Assembly (NCBI GenBank): GCA_028684405.1
Contig: JAQUGA010000001.1
Location: forward strand, 1,833-65,832
Source of the DNA: Bacteroidales bacterium
GTDB taxonomy: Bacteria; Bacteroidota; Bacteroidia; Bacteroidales; WCHB1-69
Direction of reading: 5' to 3'
Length of the DNA: 64,000 nt
Shown: piece by piece, positions 57,981-64,000 of the stretch
Position numbering within the stretch: position 1 is the first letter of the stretch
Layout: each line of letters starts with the position of its first letter
The notes under the pieces: generated by a model
What the model was told of the DNA's origin: nothing
The model's input: only the letters and a program-made list of their open reading frames with translations
The model's database searches: none
Position numbers and translations under genes: made by a program

Positions 57981-58009
57981 TTTGCCCTGAAAAAAATCTT
58001 GTATATTTG
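57981..58009 (+). promoter_or_regulatory. candidate Bacteroidota promoter (TTTG -33-like, TATATTTG -7)
   Basis: TTTG at 57981-57984, a 17-nt spacer, then TATATTTG at 58002-58009. The implied start site lies past the ATG at 58007, which favours the ATG at 58028. Confidence 0.4.
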
Positions 58010-58027
58010 CATAAAAATAGGAATCTT

Positions 58028-58291
58028 ATGAGTTTTATGTTTTTGCACAAACCGACCCCCAAAAAATCGAGATATAAACCGGTTTTTTATAAAAATGAGA
58101 GCGAAGAGCTTAACGAAGAGAGGAAAAAGTTCAATATTCCAAACAATAAAGAATTGAGTCTTCAGGATAAAATTCGTTTGTCATGGTCGAGGGAACGAAA
58201 ACATGAAGGGTTTTCAAAAGAATCCATCCTAAAAACATTTATTGTCCTACTGTTGTTAATCCTAGTCATACTTTTTGTCAAAATAGGATAA
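58028..58291 (+). CDS. small tail-anchored membrane protein, function unknown
   Basis: MSFMFLHKPTPKKSRYKPVFYK... Basic N-terminal part with a C-terminal TM (FIVLLLLILVILFV). Lies directly upstream of mutL. Confidence 0.4.
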   Translation: MSFMFLHKPTPKKSRYKPVFYKNESEELNEERKKFNIPNNKELSLQDKIRLSWSRERKHEGFSKESILKTFIVLLLLILVILFVKIG

Positions 58292-58312
58292 ATATAAACA
58301 GAACAGCGAATT

Positions 58313-60145
58313 ATGTCAGACATCATCCAACTACTTCCCGACCATATTGCAAACCAAATTGCTGCTGGCGAGGTCATTCAGCGACCTGCTTCAGCCATTA
58401 AAGAACTTGTTGAAAACTCCGTAGATGCTCAGGCTTCAGAAATTGAAATTATTATAAAAGATGCCGGGCGAACGCTTATGCAAGTGGTTGACAACGGCAA
58501 AGGAATGAGCGAAACCGATGCACGTCTTAGTTTCGAGCGTCATGCCACGTCCAAATTGCGAACGGCCGAGGATTTGTTTAATATCCAAACTTTAGGCTTT
58601 CGGGGCGAAGCACTTGCTTCCATCGCAGCCATTTCTCATTTAGAATTAAAATCGGCCACAGCCGATAGCTTGAGTGGAACACATATTATTTTGGAAGGTT
58701 CTAAAATAATTGACCAAAGTCCTTGCTCTTGTCAAAAAGGAACTTCTATTGCCATAAAAAACCTCTTTTTCAATGTTCCAGCAAGACGCAGTTTCTTGAA
58801 ATCCGAAAATGTCGAATTTAGCCATATTGTAGAAGAATTTTATAGAATTGCCATTATACATCCTGATATTGCTTTTTCGTTGTACCATAATGATAAAATC
58901 ATTTACAAACTTCCCAAAAGTTCACTCAAAAGCAGGATTGTGGGATTGCTTGGAAAAAGCTACAACGAAAAAATGGTGACCATCGAACAGGAAACTGATT
59001 TTTTACAAATCACAGGTTTTGTAGGCAAACCTGATATTGCTAAAAAAACAAGAGGGGGACAGTATCTTTTTGTAAACAATCGTTTTTTCAGACATCCATA
59101 TATTCATAATGCCATCACTAGAGCCTATCAGGAACTGATTCCCGATGGATATTATCCTTCTTATTTTATTTTGCTCGAAGTGGATCCCAGAACTATTGAT
59201 GTGAATGTTCATCCAACGAAAACGGAAATTAAATTTCAGGATGAAAGGCTGATTTATGCTGTAATTCATTCTACTACTAAAAAAGCACTTGCTGAAAATA
59301 GCTTGACTCCTTCGTTGGATTTTGAAACTGAACAGTTTTTTGATTTAAACTTTCCTAAAGATAAAGTTGTTCAGCAACCAACCATTAAAATTGACCCCAA
59401 TTACAATCCCTTTTCTGCGCCATTGGGATCAAAATCAACGCACAATCATGTTCCCGACCAACGACAAATAAACAATTTAGAAAACTGGGGAAAGTTATAC
59501 ACACCTTCCGAAGTTCCAAGTTCGGAAAACATAGCTGTACCAGCAGCGGAAGTAGTTCAAACTCAAATTCAAGACAACGACTATAGCAGTTCGTTTATCC
59601 AATTATACAACACTTATATCGTTACCAAAATTAAATCTGGATTGATTTTGATTCATCAAAATGCAGCCCATGAAAGAATTTTGTACGAACGTTTTATGAA
59701 ACGCATGAATGAGCACGGAAGTGGATGTCAACAACTTCTGTTTCCGATTACACTTGAACTCAATCCGGCCGATGCCGAGATTTTAATTGAAATTAAACCA
59801 GAACTCGAAAGCATTGGTTTTGGAATTTCAGATTTTGGCAAAAATGCTTTTCTAATTGAAGGCACTCCTTCCGATATTGAAACTTCAAATATTAAAGAAG
59901 ATATTGAGAAATGGATCGACTCCTACAAAAGCAATATGATGACCGCAAGAGTCGACCGCAAAACGAACGTTGCCAGCTCTATGTCAAAAAACCTAGCTGT
60001 AAAAACAGGGAAGTTTCTTTCGCAAGAAGAGATGGAAGCTCTTGTTAATGAGCTGTTTGCTTGTGCAGCTCCGCTAGAATCACCAAGCGGTAAAAAAACC
60101 ATTAAAATCTTATCAAAAGAGGACTTAAGTCAATTTTTTAATTAA
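58313..60145 (+). CDS. mutL: DNA mismatch repair protein MutL
   Basis: IAAGEVIQRPASAIKELVENSVDA and TLGFRGEALASI motifs. 610 aa. Confidence 0.95.
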   Translation: MSDIIQLLPDHIANQIAAGEVIQRPASAIKELVENSVDAQASEIEIIIKDAGRTLMQVVDNGKGMSETDARLSFERHATSKLRTAEDLFNIQTLGFRGEALASIAAISHLELKSATADSLSGTHIILEGSKIIDQSPCSCQKGTSIAIKNLFFNVPARRSFLKSENVEFSHIVEEFYRIAIIHPDIAFSLYHNDKIIYKLPKSSLKSRIVGLLGKSYNEKMVTIEQETDFLQITGFVGKPDIAKKTRGGQYLFVNNRFFRHPYIHNAITRAYQELIPDGYYPSYFILLEVDPRTIDVNVHPTKTEIKFQDERLIYAVIHSTTKKALAENSLTPSLDFETEQFFDLNFPKDKVVQQPTIKIDPNYNPFSAPLGSKSTHNHVPDQRQINNLENWGKLYTPSEVPSSENIAVPAAEVVQTQIQDNDYSSSFIQLYNTYIVTKIKSGLILIHQNAAHERILYERFMKRMNEHGSGCQQLLFPITLELNPADAEILIEIKPELESIGFGISDFGKNAFLIEGTPSDIETSNIKEDIEKWIDSYKSNMMTARVDRKTNVASSMSKNLAVKTGKFLSQEEMEALVNELFACAAPLESPSGKKTIKILSKEDLSQFFN

Positions 60146-60154
60146 TTTCGCACT

Positions 60155-61012
60155 ATGAATATGTTATCCCCGAGAGGCTTTAAAGTCCTTCCCCCCGTAG
60201 TAAAAAACCTGCTTATTATTAATGGTTTGTTCTTTTTGGCAACCATCACTTTTTCGCAAGGTCTGGGTATTGACTTATATGATTATTTAAGCCTGAAATA
60301 TTTTGGTTCGGATCTGTTTCAACCGTATCAGCTCATTACTTATATGTTCATGCACGGAAGCTTTGGTCATCTGTTTTTCAATATGTTTGCCCTTTGGATG
60401 TTTGGTTCTTCCATTGAGAATTTTTGGGGTCCCAAACGATTTCTATTTTTCTATCTCTTTGCAGGAATTGGTGCTGGATTATCGCATTATGCCGTCTATT
60501 TTTTCGAAATAAACCCACTTATATCTTCCATTGATCAGTTTTTGCTTAATCCGAATGCTACTGATTTACAATCTATTATTGCTTCTCATAAATTTATGGT
60601 TTCGCAGCAATATCCCGATATATATTATGCGTTTTTCAAATTTGACGATGCCGTTAAAACTCTAAATACAAATCCAAATGATGTTGTATCACTTCAAACT
60701 TCGGTAAATTTTTTGGAAACTTATCGTTCATTTTACCTTAATCTTCCCAGTGTAGTGGGGGCTTCGGGTTCTGTTTTCGGAATTTTATTGGCATTTGGAA
60801 TGATGTTTCCCAACATGATGATTTATTTATATTTTTTTATTCCCATAAAAGCCAAGTGGTTTGTAATTGCCTATGGTGCACTTGAGTTGTATCTTGGTGT
60901 CATGGGTTCGTCCGATGGAATTGCTCATTTTGCTCACTTGGGAGGAATGTTGTTTGGATTTATCCTTATCATGTATTGGAGGAAACGCCCCGGCAATAAT
61001 TTTTTTAATTAA
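60155..61012 (+). CDS. rhomboid family intramembrane serine protease
   Basis: HGSFGHLFFNM, GASGSVFG and HLGGMLFG motifs. Confidence 0.85.
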   Translation: MNMLSPRGFKVLPPVVKNLLIINGLFFLATITFSQGLGIDLYDYLSLKYFGSDLFQPYQLITYMFMHGSFGHLFFNMFALWMFGSSIENFWGPKRFLFFYLFAGIGAGLSHYAVYFFEINPLISSIDQFLLNPNATDLQSIIASHKFMVSQQYPDIYYAFFKFDDAVKTLNTNPNDVVSLQTSVNFLETYRSFYLNLPSVVGASGSVFGILLAFGMMFPNMMIYLYFFIPIKAKWFVIAYGALELYLGVMGSSDGIAHFAHLGGMLFGFILIMYWRKRPGNNFFN

Positions 61013-61027
61013 ATAACGCAAGGAAAA

Positions 61028-61960
61028 ATGTTTGCAAATTTTGGAAATAGAACATCAGCAATTGATAATATAAAGCGATTTTTTGGCAGTAACTCGCCTT
61101 TGGCAAGATTTATAAGCATTAATATTTTTGTCTTTATTGCTACTATTGTAATTGGCATGCTTAGCGGTGTCTATCGTTTTTTGTTCAATATGGAAGCACC
61201 CAGCTCTCACGATTTTCCATATATCATCGATCTTTTTATGTTGCCCGCTTCGGTAGATCAATTGCTGGCAAAGCCATGGACATTTTTTTCGTATCAGTTT
61301 CTGCATGTCTCTTTCTGGCATATTTTCTTCAATATGATAATGTTGTATGTCAGTGGAAAGATATTTTTGAGCTTTTTACGCCCCCGACAATTTATTTGGG
61401 TATATATTTTAGGGGGATTAAGCGGTGCCGTTTTTTATGTTTTAGCCTACAATTATTTTCCGGTTTTTAGCACTGTTCTTTCCGATTCTCGAGCTTTGGG
61501 AGCATCGGCTTCCATATTGGGCATTCTGACGTGCGTTGCTGTTTTTGTGCCCAATTATCAAATTTCATTGCTGTTTATCGGACGTGTAAATATAAAATGG
61601 ATTGCTATCTTTTTTGTTGTGATTGATGTTTTAAGCATCAATAAAGGCAATGCCGGTGGACATATTGCTCATCTCGGTGGGGCATTCTGGGGGCTCATTG
61701 CTGGATTGTATTATAAAGAACCTTTTTTTATTAAAATTAAAAAGTGGACTCAATCTATATTTAAAAAACGAAGATTTAAAAAAATCTATTACTCGGCGCC
61801 GCCTGCAAATAAAATATCTGATGAGGAATACAATGCCCAAAGAGCCAAAAAACAAAAAGAAATTGATCTGATTCTGGATAAAATTTCAAAACACGGATAT
61901 GAGAAATTAAGCAAGGAAGAAAAAGAATTCCTTTTCAGATCCAGCAATCCAAAAAACTAA
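61028..61960 (+). CDS. rhomboid family intramembrane serine protease with charged C-terminal tail
   Basis: HVSFWHIFFNM, GASASILG and HLGGAFWG motifs. Confidence 0.8.
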   Translation: MFANFGNRTSAIDNIKRFFGSNSPLARFISINIFVFIATIVIGMLSGVYRFLFNMEAPSSHDFPYIIDLFMLPASVDQLLAKPWTFFSYQFLHVSFWHIFFNMIMLYVSGKIFLSFLRPRQFIWVYILGGLSGAVFYVLAYNYFPVFSTVLSDSRALGASASILGILTCVAVFVPNYQISLLFIGRVNIKWIAIFFVVIDVLSINKGNAGGHIAHLGGAFWGLIAGLYYKEPFFIKIKKWTQSIFKKRRFKKIYYSAPPANKISDEEYNAQRAKKQKEIDLILDKISKHGYEKLSKEEKEFLFRSSNPKN

Positions 61961-61965
61961 TTCCA

Positions 61966-63108
61966 ATGGCAAGTCGACGATCATCCAGCTCACTCCTTGA
62001 TAAAATAATGCATTTGCTCAATATTTTGGCTGCTGTTTCACTTGTTTTAGCTTATTTGTCGATGTACATCAGTCCTGAAAAATATTGGCAGTTTGCCTTT
62101 TTTGGATTGGCTTATCCGTTTATTTTGCTTGGAAATATCTGTTTTATCGCCTTTTGGTTGATTCGCGATCCAAAAAAAATGGCCATCTCTTTGTTAATCA
62201 TTATTATTGGTTATGGAAATATTGGAAAACATTTTCAGTTTTCATCAAAAGCACTTCCTAAAGATACTTCTGGTTTTATTAAAGTAATGTCGTATAATGT
62301 TAAGCTTTTTGATTTGTATAATTACAAAAAAAACTGGACTTATAACTATACCGGACGAAATGAGATTTTTCAGTATCTGCGTCAAGAAACGCCAGATATT
62401 GTAGCCTTTCAAGAGTATTTTTACGACAGTAAAAACGGTTTTACCACCCGAGATTCCATTAAAAAAATACTTGGAACAAACTATTATCACGAATATTTCC
62501 CCTACGTGAATAAAAACCATCACTACGGAATTGCAACCTTTTCAAAATATCCCATCGTACAAAAAGGGGAAGTGGTTTTTTCAAACGATACTCATAATTC
62601 TGCGATTTTTTCTGATATTAAAATAAACAAAGATACTGTTCGTGTTTATAATGCACATTTACAGTCTATTAAGCTCAACAAGGAGGATTTTTTATTTTCT
62701 GCTTCTAAAAATAAAATTAAAGATAATGTAGAAAGCTTGGGCAACGAATTTGCCAACGATTCGAAAATGATTCTGACAAAACTAAAACTTGCTTTTGTCA
62801 ATCGAGCACATCAGGCAGAAATGATTAAGGAACACATGAATAATTCACCATACCCTGTTATTGTTTGTGGTGATTTCAACGATTCGCCTGGCTCTTATGC
62901 TACCCGCGTTATTTCAAAAAAATTGAAAGACGCATTTGTTGTTTCAGGAAAAGGATTTGGAAAAACATACAATGGCAAAATGCCTTCCTTTAGAATTGAT
63001 TATATTTTGCATGATAAATCATTCATAAGCAGAGGTTTTAAAACCGATTATTCCATTCAGTCGAGCGATCATTTTCCTATTTATACGTACTTGAAAAAGA
63101 AAAAATAA
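61966..63108 (+). CDS. membrane-anchored endonuclease/exonuclease/phosphatase (EEP) family protein
   Basis: N-terminal TM segments. VMSYNV, VAFQE, VCGDFND and SDHFPI motifs. Confidence 0.8.
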   Translation: MASRRSSSSLLDKIMHLLNILAAVSLVLAYLSMYISPEKYWQFAFFGLAYPFILLGNICFIAFWLIRDPKKMAISLLIIIIGYGNIGKHFQFSSKALPKDTSGFIKVMSYNVKLFDLYNYKKNWTYNYTGRNEIFQYLRQETPDIVAFQEYFYDSKNGFTTRDSIKKILGTNYYHEYFPYVNKNHHYGIATFSKYPIVQKGEVVFSNDTHNSAIFSDIKINKDTVRVYNAHLQSIKLNKEDFLFSASKNKIKDNVESLGNEFANDSKMILTKLKLAFVNRAHQAEMIKEHMNNSPYPVIVCGDFNDSPGSYATRVISKKLKDAFVVSGKGFGKTYNGKMPSFRIDYILHDKSFISRGFKTDYSIQSSDHFPIYTYLKKKK

Positions 63109-63164
63109 TATCGGGAATTCTAAATATGACGTTTTTGTCCTTGAATTAAAATTTTAAAATCCAT

Positions 63165-63420
63165 GCTTCGGTGGTCACTTTCGCTCCGCTTAATGGTGGG
63201 TTTCTAGTCCCGAAGGGATTACATATTTGTAGAATTAATGATGCCAAAAATATTATTCGACCCATTTCGGGGTCGAATATTGATTATTTTGGGCAGTGTT
63301 CTATAAACATGTGAATCCTTCGGATTCGAGATGAGTGCCTTGGCGTTTCGGGAGGTTCGGCATTTCGATGCATTTTATCTCGAGAAACGCGACTCAACGT
63401 CGGAAAGCAGCACTTTAGCA
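63165..63420. repeat. GC-rich mosaic intergenic element, copy B
   Basis: Lies between convergent gene ends. Mini-hairpins: tccc-gaa-ggga (63208-63218), attcgaccc-atttcg-gggtcgaat (63255-63278) and gaatcc-ttc-ggattc (63313-63327). Shares words with 38370-38509. Confidence 0.6.
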
Positions 63421-63439
63421 GAAGCCTCAACAAGCAATT

Positions 63440-64000
63440 TTACACCGTCAGAATTGCATTGAGCAAAGCAATGGCAGAAAGTATATCGGGAATGTTTTTC
63501 ACACTAAGAATCAAGCTGTTTTCTTTCTGTTTCATCTGACAGGTTTGTGGATGCAATTGAACAAAATTCAAAACTTTTGAAAAGGTTTCTGATTGAAAAT
63601 AGTTTAAAGCTGGATCTTGAGGAAAATGAATTAGCATTCTGTTGTTTTTTAAGGCAATTTTTTCCAACATCAACATTCCTGCCGTCATTCGTAATTTCAT
63701 CGACATTATTAAATCTCTGGTTGCCTGAGGAATAGCACCATAAATGTCCACCAATTTCGTGCTAAATAAATTCAAGTCTTCGTCCGAGCTTATTTTGTCA
63801 AGCTCGGTATATAGAGCCAAACGTTCGTTGGAATTTGGAATGTATGTATCCGGAATCATCAAAGCCATATCGGTTTCGATGATGCAATCTTTTTGAATAG
63901 GTTTTTCGTTTTGGAAAAGATCTTTAAACTCGTTGAGCTTAAGGTCTTGCATGGCTTCATTAATGATATTTTGGTACATTTCGTAGCCAATTTCAGAAAT
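63440..64000 (-). CDS. mfd: transcription-repair coupling factor Mfd, C-terminal (TRCF) part; 5' end beyond the right edge
   Basis: ERLALYTELDKISSDEDL...LVDIYGAIPQATRDLIMSMKLR is typical of the Mfd C-terminal domain. The frame remains open to base 64000. Confidence 0.8.
   Translation of the reverse strand: MSEIGYEMYQNIINEAMQDLKLNEFKDLFQNEKPIQKDCIIETDMALMIPDTYIPNSNERLALYTELDKISSDEDLNLFSTKLVDIYGAIPQATRDLIMSMKLRMTAGMLMLEKIALKNNRMLIHFPQDPALNYFQSETFSKVLNFVQLHPQTCQMKQKENSLILSVKNIPDILSAIALLNAILTV

Noticed and set aside
1-64000. I searched for mobile elements, an integrase or transposase, tRNA/rRNA genes and known defence modules (restriction-modification, toxin-antitoxin, CRISPR-Cas, retron or reverse transcriptase).
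   Set aside because: No ORF has the corresponding motifs (DDE, tyrosine-recombinase RHRY context, methyltransferase motifs, RT YxDD). No cloverleaf-like GC-rich segment was seen. The window appears to be core chromosome with two local decay scars.

Overview
AT-rich, densely coding chromosomal segment that looks like a Bacteroidota genome. Supporting signs are type-A T9SS C-terminal sorting domains, TAnnTTTG -7 boxes, lipoprotein-rich secretome genes and mutL-rhomboid-rhomboid-EEP synteny. The organism is probably a fermentative anaerobe: lysine 2,3- and 5,6-aminomutases, a small ferredoxin and QueG are present.

Contents from left to right:
- a partial polytopic membrane protein and small housekeeping genes;
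- a six-gene carotenoid operon (4358-9734) predicted to make a carotenoid glycoside ester;
- secreted exo-glycosidases: GH20, GH2, GH27 and, further right, a GH33 sialidase plus a long NagB fusion;
- a small decay patch around a Spo0M-like gene, with a norB tail remnant and an orphan T9SS sorting domain;
- one 13.2-kb gene for a 4410-aa T9SS-secreted beta-helix/Ig-repeat protein (19605-32837);
- a four-gene MMPL / LolA-like / outer-membrane-barrel / DUF2141 export operon with a membrane-anchored AraC regulator;
- a MeaB operon;
- a split lysine-fermentation gene set (kamD-kamE-CoA-transferase beta-thiolase, and kamA separately);
- housekeeping genes (CvfB-like, RluA-family, queG, mutL, two rhomboids, EEP, mfd 3' end).

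I saw no rRNA, tRNA, CRISPR array, transposase, integrase, phage gene or recognisable defence system.

The most unusual items are:
- two Ig-like modules in the giant gene that appear split by different nested insert domains;
- the substrate-less envelope-spanning exporter;
- GC-rich mosaic intergenic elements built from mini-hairpins;
- a CoA-transferase beta subunit with no alpha partner;
- the two gene remnants.

All family assignments come from motif recognition by eye, not from searches.
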